This document shows, piece after piece, positions 1-8,130 of a stretch of 64,000 bases of DNA. A program made the position numbers and the translations under genes. The number at the start of each line of letters is the position of its first letter. The stretch's first letter is position 1. The stretch is taken from the NCBI GenBank assembly GCA_946480835.1, contig CAMLLC010000010.1, positions 2,858 through 66,857 on the forward strand. Reading direction: 5' to 3'. Source of the DNA: an uncultured Ventosimonas sp. (GTDB taxonomy: Bacteria; Pseudomonadota; Gammaproteobacteria; Pseudomonadales; Pseudomonadaceae). The notes beneath the pieces were generated by a model, which had not been told where the DNA came from, ran no database searches, and was given only the letters and a program-made list of their open reading frames with translations.

Positions 1-58
1 CAGATACAGTGCTCAGATTTGTCCGTCAACAACTAATGACTAATTAAAAAATGTAGCC

Positions 59-85
59 AAAAAAATACCCAGCAAAAGCTGGGTA
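59..85 (-). terminator. Intrinsic terminator of prrF
   Basis: 8-bp stem (66-73/78-85), 4-nt loop, T7 tail on the minus strand (59-65). Confidence 0.9.
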
Positions 86-175
86 AAAACCGTGATTAGC
101 CTGATGAGGAGACAAACCAAACTACTAAAATGCAGTAGAAAACTTTGACTTGCCAGTTGCTCTTTCAAACAACTT
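59..175 (-). ncRNA. prrF: PrrF-family Fur-repressed iron-sparing small RNA
   Basis: Minus strand of 85-112 reads TCTCCTCATCAGGCTAATCACGGTTTTT, matching the conserved core of Pseudomonas PrrF1 as I recall it. It is followed by an intrinsic terminator (TACCCAGC-TTTT-GCTGGGTA-T7) and preceded by a Fur box inside a sigma70 promoter. The predicted length of about 117 nt fits PrrF. The 5' end is inferred from -10 spacing. Confidence 0.9.
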
Positions 176-181
176 GCGATC

Positions 182-210
182 ATATTAATGATAATAATTA
201 TCATTTGCAA
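182..210 (-). promoter_or_regulatory. sigma70 promoter with overlapping perfect Fur box
   Basis: Minus strand: -35 TTGCAA (205-210), 17-nt spacer, -10 TAATAT (182-187). The perfect 9-1-9 palindrome AATGATAAT-A-ATTATCATT (187-205) contains the 7-1-7 Fur consensus TGATAATnATTATCA. Confidence 0.88.
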
Positions 211-239
211 GCAAAAAATCAATATATATTTTTATCGCT

Positions 240-1778
240 TTACAATAATTCATTAATAAAATCTATTAAAATATTAATGCTTTTCTCGTTATCCGTTGCT
301 ATTGTACAGCTTACCGCTTTCTCTGCTGGGCTAAAGGGTTCTTTACTTGCCAATTGTTGTTTGACTACTTGCCAGGTGGCATCCGACGGGTCAACAGCGG
401 CCAAAGCGCGTTGTTTAAGATGTTGCTCTATAACAGATAAGGGTGCTTCACAGTTTATAATAATAAAAGGCACCCCTTGTTCTTCCGCGAGCTTAAGCGC
501 TCTCATCCTCTCTGCTTGCTTTAAATAGGCTGCATCTAAAACGGTAATGTAACCTGCTTGTAAACTTATCTTGGCTAATTTATAAAGCCTTTGATAAGTC
601 TGTTCAGTTGCTTGGGCACTATAAAGTTGTTCTTTAGCTGTGCTAGCACCCAATAATCTTTTGCGCTCGACATCACTGCGCACCCTAATAGCTGCAAACC
701 GTTCAACTACTTGTAACGCAACATAACTTTTTCCTACCCCAGAAACACCTGAGGTAATCAATAAACAGCGATGAGGAATAAAGGTATAGCTCTCCGCCAA
801 ATTGGCATAATTATAATATTGACTAAGAATAGCTTGCTGCACGCTTTGCTCTGTTACATGAGTTAAACTAAATAACGCTACTTTAGCTCTTACCATTGCC
901 CTGTAAGCCTTATAAAAGCTCATCAATTGCAGTGATTCATAATCCCCTGTCTGTTCAAGATAATTATTAAGTAATCTATTGGCTAGGGCATTAAGTTTTC
1001 TATCTTCAAGATCCATGACTAAAAAGGCAATATCATTAGCCACATCTATTAAACGGAAAGGTTGATTAAATTCTATACAATCAAAAAGCACTACCTTACC
1101 ATCTAGCACAGCTGCATTATTTAAATGAATATCACCATGACATTCTCTTACAAAACCTTCAGTTTTACGTTTAGCTAATAGTGGCTGTAAGCGCTGATAA
1201 GTAGCTTCTGCCCAAGCCTCTAACGCAGCTAATTGGGATAAACCTGCTTCATCTTTAGGTAACATTTCCCTAATTTGCTCAAAATTTTGTCTCACAGGGG
1301 CCATTACTACCTCTGGAGAACCAAAAGGGAGATCGAGGGCTACTTTAGGCGTTAGTTGATGAAAATTGGCAATCTGACTAGCTAACTCATCTATCTGCTC
1401 CGCCTTTAATTCACCTCTTGCCTGCAATTGACTAAGCAATTGATGCTGAGGAAATTGGCGCATTTTTAATACATATTCAATAGGCTCACCCTGTCCGGCT
1501 AATTGTGGTTTGGTAACTGAGTCAGTTATAGGCAATACCTCTAAATAAAGATCGTGGGTCAAGCGTTGATTTAACCGCAACTCTTCTTCACAAAAATGTT
1601 TGCGATCTGCTAACTGAGTGAAATTAAGGAAGCCAAAATCTACTGGCTTTTTAATCTTGTAGGCATAAGGACCTGTTAAAATCACCCACGAAATATGCGT
1701 TTCAATGACTTGAAATTGTTCAACTGGATGATTATAAAGCGCGGGATTTTGTAAAAACTTAATTAATTCTGCACTCAT
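240..1778 (-). CDS. Bifunctional aminoglycoside-phosphotransferase-like / P-loop (AAA_33, gluconokinase-like) kinase, PA4701-type
   Basis: N-terminal ETHISWV and YAYKIKKPV, kinase motifs HGDIHLNN and FDCIEFN, C-terminal Walker A GVSGVGKS and IRVRSDVERKRL. Start moved to the ATG at 1778 (SD AAGGA). Confidence 0.85.
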   Translation of the reverse strand: MSAELIKFLQNPALYNHPVEQFQVIETHISWVILTGPYAYKIKKPVDFGFLNFTQLADRKHFCEEELRLNQRLTHDLYLEVLPITDSVTKPQLAGQGEPIEYVLKMRQFPQHQLLSQLQARGELKAEQIDELASQIANFHQLTPKVALDLPFGSPEVVMAPVRQNFEQIREMLPKDEAGLSQLAALEAWAEATYQRLQPLLAKRKTEGFVRECHGDIHLNNAAVLDGKVVLFDCIEFNQPFRLIDVANDIAFLVMDLEDRKLNALANRLLNNYLEQTGDYESLQLMSFYKAYRAMVRAKVALFSLTHVTEQSVQQAILSQYYNYANLAESYTFIPHRCLLITSGVSGVGKSYVALQVVERFAAIRVRSDVERKRLLGASTAKEQLYSAQATEQTYQRLYKLAKISLQAGYITVLDAAYLKQAERMRALKLAEEQGVPFIIINCEAPLSVIEQHLKQRALAAVDPSDATWQVVKQQLASKEPFSPAEKAVSCTIATDNEKSINILIDFINELL

Positions 1779-1999
1779 GTTTGTTCCTTTATCTATTAGT
1801 CTACTAGTTAACATTATAGGGGGCAAAACAATAATCTACACCTTTAATAGTTATTTTTATTATAAAAACTAACATTATCTTTTTTATTACCAATAGTTAA
1901 CCTCTTGGTGAATTATAAATATTATCTATCTATCTTTATCCACTCTTTACTATAATCTTAGGTTACACTATTGTTATTATTTCATTAGAGATTGTGATT

Positions 2000-3538
2000 A
2001 TGTCTAATACTACTTCGCCTTTAGTGCTAATTATTTTAGATGGGTTTGGTCATCGCACAGAAAGCAAATACAACGCTATATCAGCAGCTAACACACCGAA
2101 CTATAATAAACTACTTGCTAGCCAGCCACATAGCCTTATTTCTGGCTCCGGGATGGATGTAGGACTACCTGTTGGGCAAATGGGTAATTCAGAAGTGGGC
2201 CACATGAACTTAGGGGCAGGTAGAGTTGTTTATCAAGATTTAACCCGTATTAGCAAAGCGATAGCCGATGGTGAATTTTTCGAAAACGCTGTCTTAAATC
2301 AAGTATTAGATAAAACCATTAGCCAGCACAAAGCCGTTCATATTATGGGCTTACTTTCTCCAGGCGGCGTTCATAGCCATGAAGACCACTTGTTAGCTAT
2401 GGCTGACATGGCAGTAAAAAAAGGGGCTAGCCATATTTTCCTACATGTTTTTTTAGATGGTCGGGATACTCCGCCTAAAAGTGCTGAAACCTCACTTAAT
2501 AAATTGAATAACCACTTAGCTAAACTAGGCAAAGGGCGTATTGCTACTATGATAGGTCGCTATTATGCGATGGATAGAGATAATCGCTGGGATCGTATCC
2601 AAGCGGCTTACGAACTGATAGTAGATCATACAGCTGAATACTTAGCTAAAGATGCTATTACTGCTTTACATAATGCCTATGCTAGAGGAGAGAGCGATGA
2701 GTTTGTTAAAGCCACTCGGATAGGCGATGTTGCCCCTGTCCACGATGGAGATGCAGTAATTTTTATGAATTTTCGTGCTGATCGAGCAAGAGAACTAACG
2801 CATGCATTTGTTGATAATGACTTTACTGGTTTTAAAAGACAACGCATAGCTAATCTAGCTGGATTTGTGATGCTCACACAATATGCAGCCACTATAGATA
2901 CCTTATGTGCCTTTCCTCCCAACTCATTGCATAACGTGTTAGGAGAATACCTAGCTAAGCAAGGAAAAACTCAATTACGCATAGCTGAAACTGAAAAATA
3001 TGCTCATGTTACTTTCTTTTTTTCTGGCGGAAGAGAAGAACCATACGAAGGAGAAGATCGTATTTTAATTCCTTCTCCGAAAGTGCCAACCTATGATCTA
3101 AAACCTGAAATGAGCGCTATAGAAGTAACCGATAAAATGGTCGAAGCTATAGAACAAAAACGTTATGATGTTATCATAGCTAACTTTGCTAACGGTGATA
3201 TGGTAGGGCATACCGGAGTATTTGATGCAGCCGTTAAAGCCGTAGAGTGTCTAGATCAATGTTTAGGAAGAATTGTCAATGCGCTTAACACTGTAGGGGG
3301 CGAGGTATTAATCACGGCCGACCATGGCAATGTAGAAAAAATGCGTGATGACACTACAGGCCAAGCACATACGGCTCATACCTGCGAATTAGTCCCACTC
3401 ATTTACGTTGGCTCTAGAAAACTACATATTAGAGAAGGGGGAGTGTTATCCGATGTGGCGCCAACCATGTTGACCTTAATGGGGCTGGCTATTCCACCAG
3501 AAATGACTGGCAAAAGCTTAATTAGTTTTGATAAATAA
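2000..3538 (+). CDS. gpmI: 2,3-bisphosphoglycerate-independent phosphoglycerate mutase
   Basis: [18 protein letters not shown] (phospho-Ser), [29 protein letters not shown] motifs. Confidence 0.97.
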   Translation: MSNTTSPLVLIILDGFGHRTESKYNAISAANTPNYNKLLASQPHSLISGSGMDVGLPVGQMGNSEVGHMNLGAGRVVYQDLTRISKAIADGEFFENAVLNQVLDKTISQHKAVHIMGLLSPGGVHSHEDHLLAMADMAVKKGASHIFLHVFLDGRDTPPKSAETSLNKLNNHLAKLGKGRIATMIGRYYAMDRDNRWDRIQAAYELIVDHTAEYLAKDAITALHNAYARGESDEFVKATRIGDVAPVHDGDAVIFMNFRADRARELTHAFVDNDFTGFKRQRIANLAGFVMLTQYAATIDTLCAFPPNSLHNVLGEYLAKQGKTQLRIAETEKYAHVTFFFSGGREEPYEGEDRILIPSPKVPTYDLKPEMSAIEVTDKMVEAIEQKRYDVIIANFANGDMVGHTGVFDAAVKAVECLDQCLGRIVNALNTVGGEVLITADHGNVEKMRDDTTGQAHTAHTCELVPLIYVGSRKLHIREGGVLSDVAPTMLTLMGLAIPPEMTGKSLISFDK

Positions 3539-3662
3539 TAGCCTAACACGCTTTTTAAACAGCTGACTAAAGATTATTAATAAACTAACAATAATAGGTC
3601 TTTAGTCACTAATAACTAGCTGTTAAAATAGCTCTTTAATAAGGATATATTACACAACTAAT

Positions 3663-4877
3663 ATGCGCTATTTGTTATTCGCTTTGTTGGCTTACTTATC
3701 TTTTGTTCCAGTTATCTTAGCTGATGAACGAAGTAATACTGTACGCCAAATTGAAATGGCCAAAATAGAAGTTAGCCAACTTGAAAAAGCCTTAGCTGCT
3801 CTTAAAGGAAAACAAACAAGCTTATTAAAAGAATTACGAAAAACGGAAACTGACATAGCTAATTTACAAAAAGAAATTACTAAATTAAAAATAGAATTAA
3901 CCAATACTGAACATAAAATAACTTGGTTAAAAGAAGAGCAACAAAAAACCGAACAGCTAAAGCAACAGCAAGAAAAAGTATTTGCTAGTCAAGCTAAAGC
4001 AACTTATGAAAGTGGTCGTCAAGAATACTTAAAATTATTACTTAACCAACAACAACCTGATAAATTATCTAGAACTCTGGTTTATTATGACTATTTAAGC
4101 CAAGCCCGTTTGATCCAACTCACCGAGTTTAAAGAAACCGTTAAGCAACTTGCTGATATTGAAGCTGAAATGAATCACTACCAGCAACAACTAAATGACC
4201 AGCAGCAAAAACTACAACAACAAGCCAAACAACTAGCCGATACACGTCAAAAACGGTTACAGGTACTAGCTACTATCAATAAACAAATCAAACAAAAAAA
4301 TGATCAAATTATCGAGCGCGAGAAAGATCAAATAGCACTTAGTAAAGTACTTAGAACAATAGACGCTACCTTAGCCCAACAAGCTAGCATAAGAGCTCTT
4401 AATAATCAAAACGACACAACGACTAACCCTCATAGCCTCCCCACCCAACAAGTAATAGCTAGTAGTGCAACCTTTAATGGCAACTTTAAACAAGCACAAG
4501 GAAAACTTTCTTGGCCAGTTTCCGGCAAACTTATTGCAAACTATGGTTCGGCAAGGGGGGATGATACGCGCAGTAAATGGGATGGGGTGATAATAGCTGC
4601 CCCAACTGGGACACCAGTCAAAGCTGTCCATAGTGGCACCATAGTTTATTCAGATTGGTTACGCGGGGTAGGCTGGCTGATTATTATAGATCATGGCCAA
4701 GGGTATTATAGTCTCTATGGCCATAATCAGACTTTACTCAAAAAAGTAGGTAACACTATTAAAGCAGGTGATACGATTGCTACTGTAGGTAATAGTGGTG
4801 GTAGCCAAAGTGCTGCTTTATACTTTTCCATTAGGCAACATGGGCAAGCTGTTAATCCAGCTTTATGGTGCCATTAA
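3663..4877 (+). CDS. envC: Murein hydrolase activator EnvC (coiled coil + degenerate M23 domain)
   Basis: Signal peptide, long coiled coil, C-terminal LytM fold (WPVSG, IIIDHG, YSLYGHNQ, LYFSIR), and conserved position between gpmI and ctpA. Confidence 0.92.
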   Translation: MRYLLFALLAYLSFVPVILADERSNTVRQIEMAKIEVSQLEKALAALKGKQTSLLKELRKTETDIANLQKEITKLKIELTNTEHKITWLKEEQQKTEQLKQQQEKVFASQAKATYESGRQEYLKLLLNQQQPDKLSRTLVYYDYLSQARLIQLTEFKETVKQLADIEAEMNHYQQQLNDQQQKLQQQAKQLADTRQKRLQVLATINKQIKQKNDQIIEREKDQIALSKVLRTIDATLAQQASIRALNNQNDTTTNPHSLPTQQVIASSATFNGNFKQAQGKLSWPVSGKLIANYGSARGDDTRSKWDGVIIAAPTGTPVKAVHSGTIVYSDWLRGVGWLIIIDHGQGYYSLYGHNQTLLKKVGNTIKAGDTIATVGNSGGSQSAALYFSIRQHGQAVNPALWCH

Positions 4878-4906
4878 TCTTAATGCGATCAATTGGAGAT
4901 GCCTTT

Positions 4907-6256
4907 ATGCCTAGAATGCAACCTGCTACCATTTTTTTATTAAGCTTGCTAACTTGCTTATTACCAGAACTGGCTGTCTATGCCCAAAACCATTCTAACC
5001 AACCAGTAGCCACTAACTCTTCTACTAAGCAACAGGCTAGCTTGCCATTAGATGAGGTGCGCACCTTCGTCAATGTCTTTGAACGCATTAAATCATCCTA
5101 CATAGAACCTATAGATGACAAAACCTTGATGGATAATGCAATTAAAGGCATGGTAAGTAACCTAGACCCTCACTCAGTTTATCTTGATAGCAAATCGTAT
5201 CATGCTTTAGAAGATATGACCAATGGTCAATATGGTGGTTTAGGTATAGAAATAGAGCAAAAAGAAGGATTTATCAGAATTATTACTCCACTAGATGATT
5301 CTCCTGCCGCCAAAGCAGGTATCCAAGCAGGAGATATCATAGTGAAAATTAATGATATACCTACTAAAGATATGTCACTTGATGACGCAGGTAATAAGCT
5401 AGCAGGAAAAATAGGCGAAAAAATTAATCTTACTATTGTTAGACAACTATCAGACCCCTTTATAGTCACTATAACCAGAGCTAAGGTACAAGTACCAAGC
5501 GTTAAATCACAATTACTAGAAAAAAATTATGGCTATCTTCGCATAGCACAATTTCAACACAATACGGGCAAAGAAGTTAGCAAAGGCTTAGCACAACTTA
5601 ACCAACAAAATGGCAGCAAACTTAAAGGGATTGTTTTAGACCTAAGAAATAATCCCGGTGGTATTTTACAAGAGGCAGTGACAACCGTTAACCAATTTGT
5701 AAGCAAAGGTCTTATAGTTTACACCAAAGGCCGTATGGCAAACTCAGAAACGCGCTTTTATGCCGATATAGGTGATCCTAGTCTAGGTATTCCCATGGTG
5801 GTATTAATCAATAACGGCAGTGCCTCTGCTGCTGAAATTGTAGCGGGAGCACTACAAGATTTGAAACGAGCAGTTATTATGGGCACTACCAGTTTTGGCA
5901 AAGGCTCAGTACAAACTGTATTACCCATTAATAAAACTGAAGCGTTAAAACTTACAACCGCTTTATATTACACCCCTAATGGCCGCTCCATTCAAGCACA
6001 AGGCATTGTGCCAGATATCATGGTAGAACAGGCAACCATCTCAAAAAACCAAAAACAATTTGAAGTCAGGGAAGCTGACTTACAAAATCATCTTAACAAC
6101 TCGACTGGCAAAGAACGCCCTTCAAGCAAAGTCAAAGTAGCGCAAATTAAAATACAGGATGAAGACTACCAACTAAGCCAAGCCATTGCGCTCTTAAAAG
6201 GGCTCAATGTATTGAATACCAAAACCTCCCCTCTAAAAACGGAGCAACACAACTAA
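4907..6256 (+). CDS. ctpA: Carboxyl-terminal processing protease, S41 family (PDZ + peptidase)
   Basis: LDPHS, GGLGIEI (PDZ), DLRNNPGG, SASAAEIVAGALQD (catalytic Ser), TSFGKGSVQ (catalytic Lys). Start chosen from the GGAGA SD. Confidence 0.95.
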   Translation: MPRMQPATIFLLSLLTCLLPELAVYAQNHSNQPVATNSSTKQQASLPLDEVRTFVNVFERIKSSYIEPIDDKTLMDNAIKGMVSNLDPHSVYLDSKSYHALEDMTNGQYGGLGIEIEQKEGFIRIITPLDDSPAAKAGIQAGDIIVKINDIPTKDMSLDDAGNKLAGKIGEKINLTIVRQLSDPFIVTITRAKVQVPSVKSQLLEKNYGYLRIAQFQHNTGKEVSKGLAQLNQQNGSKLKGIVLDLRNNPGGILQEAVTTVNQFVSKGLIVYTKGRMANSETRFYADIGDPSLGIPMVVLINNGSASAAEIVAGALQDLKRAVIMGTTSFGKGSVQTVLPINKTEALKLTTALYYTPNGRSIQAQGIVPDIMVEQATISKNQKQFEVREADLQNHLNNSTGKERPSSKVKVAQIKIQDEDYQLSQAIALLKGLNVLNTKTSPLKTEQHN

Positions 6257-6260
6257 CACT

Positions 6261-8108
6261 ATGAAAGATCAGCTTAACCAACATAAAGCAGATAGTAAAA
6301 TCTGTACAGCAGGTGTTGACCTTAATGGATTAATGCAAGTGCTGAGTAAACATCTCTACTCTACCCCTATGGTAGCCCTTAGAGAATTAGTTCAAAATGC
6401 CCATGATTCTATTGTTAGAAGACGCTTAGAACAGCCCTCATGGCAAGATAAAGCAGCTATCCATGTCATAGGAGATAGAAATAACAAACAACTACATATC
6501 ATAGATACAGGTGCAGGCTTAACCGAATATGAAATTCATACTTTCTTAGCAACTGTAGGCGTAGGTTACACTCGCAATCTACGTGAGCAAGATGATAATA
6601 CTGGTCTTATAGGCATGTTTGGGTTAGGCTTTTTATCTGCTTTTGTGCTAGCCAAACAAGTGACCTTACAAACCACCTCTTATCAACAACCTGATAAAGG
6701 TTGGTGCTATCGTTCTATTAATGGTGAACAATATACTGTTACAGCTATTGAACCAAGAACTAAGGTAGGCACAGAGATTATCTTAGACTTAAAAGATGAA
6801 TTTGTTTTTTTAAGTACTCTAGAAACGCTTAACCAAATATTAGGTCGTTATTGTATTTTATTACATGAACCTATCTATATTAATCAAGCCAAAGAAGCTA
6901 TCAACCCAGAACCTCCACCTTGGCGGCAACAGAGTGGCGATCTAATCACTCATCCTATACAAGAGCAAAAAAGAAGATTAAATTTTGCCACACGGTTTGA
7001 GCGAAATTTTGCGCCTATCTGTACTTTTCCCGTAAATCCAGATGGCAACAGTGATGCGATCGGCATGTTATGGGTACAAGATGGTGCTACTTACGGAACA
7101 AGCGATAACAGAAACCTATCCATCTTCTTGCGTGGAATGCTGCTAGATGATGATGCACGAGATCTGCTGCCAACATGGGCTGGCTTTATTGGCGGAGTAA
7201 TAGAGTCCGCTAAATTAGTACCTACTGCCAGCCGAGAAGATTTACAACGAGATGATAATTATCAATTTATCAAATACGCTTTATCAGAAGCTCTTATCAA
7301 AGGTTTAGCTGAGGTTGCTAATAAGCAACCAGAAGTTTGGCGGCGTATTTTAAAACGTCATAATGAAGCCTTATTAGGTGCTTCATTATGTGATGACAGA
7401 TTATTTGATCTATTGATGAATAGTATCAAAATTGCTACTTCGCAAGGTGATATAACCGTCAAAGAACTAATAGTTAATAATGCTATACATGTCATGCTAG
7501 GAGTCAGTGGTGGCTTTGAAGATACCCTCTTTAGAGCATTAAAAATACCAGTTGCTTTAGGTGACCGCTATGCCGTAGTACCTTTTTTAAGGCATTATGC
7601 AAATAAATGTCATATTAAACTAATAGAGCTTGGTACAGAAAAAGGCAATGAACAACTTTTTACATTAGTATCTTTAACCAATATTGAACAACAATGGTTC
7701 ACAGAACAACTAGCTGATGGTGAAGCGATAATAGCCGCGCGCTTTTTACCCAAAGAACTACCTTTAGTAATAGTAGCTGATCGAGAAGCTGAACTTAAAC
7801 AACGTTTAGAAGAAGATGAAGCTGATAAAAAAATATCACAAGCCGCGTTACGCTTAGCCAGACAATTCACCGCTAAAATTACTGCTACCACTACCAGTAA
7901 ACTTTATCTTAACTTAAATAACGCAGCTGTTAGCGACTTACTGGCAGCTTTTCATGCTAACCACAGCAACGCGAAACAAGCTGCACAGCTACTTAAATCA
8001 CTAAAAGTTATAATGGCTGGGCGGGATAGCCATCATTATGCATTAGATTTAAACAAAGCATTGGTCAACTTTACTCAGACCTTACAAACTATATTAACTT
8101 ATAACTAA
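6261..8108 (+). CDS. Hsp90/HtpG-family ATPase, divergent paralogue
   Basis: GHKL motifs LYS..ALRELVQNAHDS (E42, N46), IIDTGAG (D82), IGMFGLGFLSAF, GTEIILDLK; the INPEPPPW linker; middle-domain LVPTASREDLQ (R325, equivalent to the catalytic Arg in HtpG PLNVSRE). At 615 aa it is full HtpG length. Confidence 0.9.
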   Translation: MKDQLNQHKADSKICTAGVDLNGLMQVLSKHLYSTPMVALRELVQNAHDSIVRRRLEQPSWQDKAAIHVIGDRNNKQLHIIDTGAGLTEYEIHTFLATVGVGYTRNLREQDDNTGLIGMFGLGFLSAFVLAKQVTLQTTSYQQPDKGWCYRSINGEQYTVTAIEPRTKVGTEIILDLKDEFVFLSTLETLNQILGRYCILLHEPIYINQAKEAINPEPPPWRQQSGDLITHPIQEQKRRLNFATRFERNFAPICTFPVNPDGNSDAIGMLWVQDGATYGTSDNRNLSIFLRGMLLDDDARDLLPTWAGFIGGVIESAKLVPTASREDLQRDDNYQFIKYALSEALIKGLAEVANKQPEVWRRILKRHNEALLGASLCDDRLFDLLMNSIKIATSQGDITVKELIVNNAIHVMLGVSGGFEDTLFRALKIPVALGDRYAVVPFLRHYANKCHIKLIELGTEKGNEQLFTLVSLTNIEQQWFTEQLADGEAIIAARFLPKELPLVIVADREAELKQRLEEDEADKKISQAALRLARQFTAKITATTTSKLYLNLNNAAVSDLLAAFHANHSNAKQAAQLLKSLKVIMAGRDSHHYALDLNKALVNFTQTLQTILTYN

Positions 8109-8130
8109 CTTAGCCGAAGGGGGAAAACAC

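Noticed and set aside
3-47. Possible C-terminal end of a + strand gene (DTVLRFVRQQLMTN*)
   Set aside because: Only 14 codons are visible, too short to support or identify.
40-528. ORFs 40-222(-) and 145-528(+)
   Set aside because: The first overlies the PrrF sRNA and its promoter; the second is antisense to the kinase gene. Neither has protein-family features.
6211-6234. sigma32-like ATTGAA...CCCCTCT inside the ctpA 3' end, upstream of the Hsp90 gene
   Set aside because: The spacer is only 11 nt (13-14 expected) and both hexamers are imperfect.
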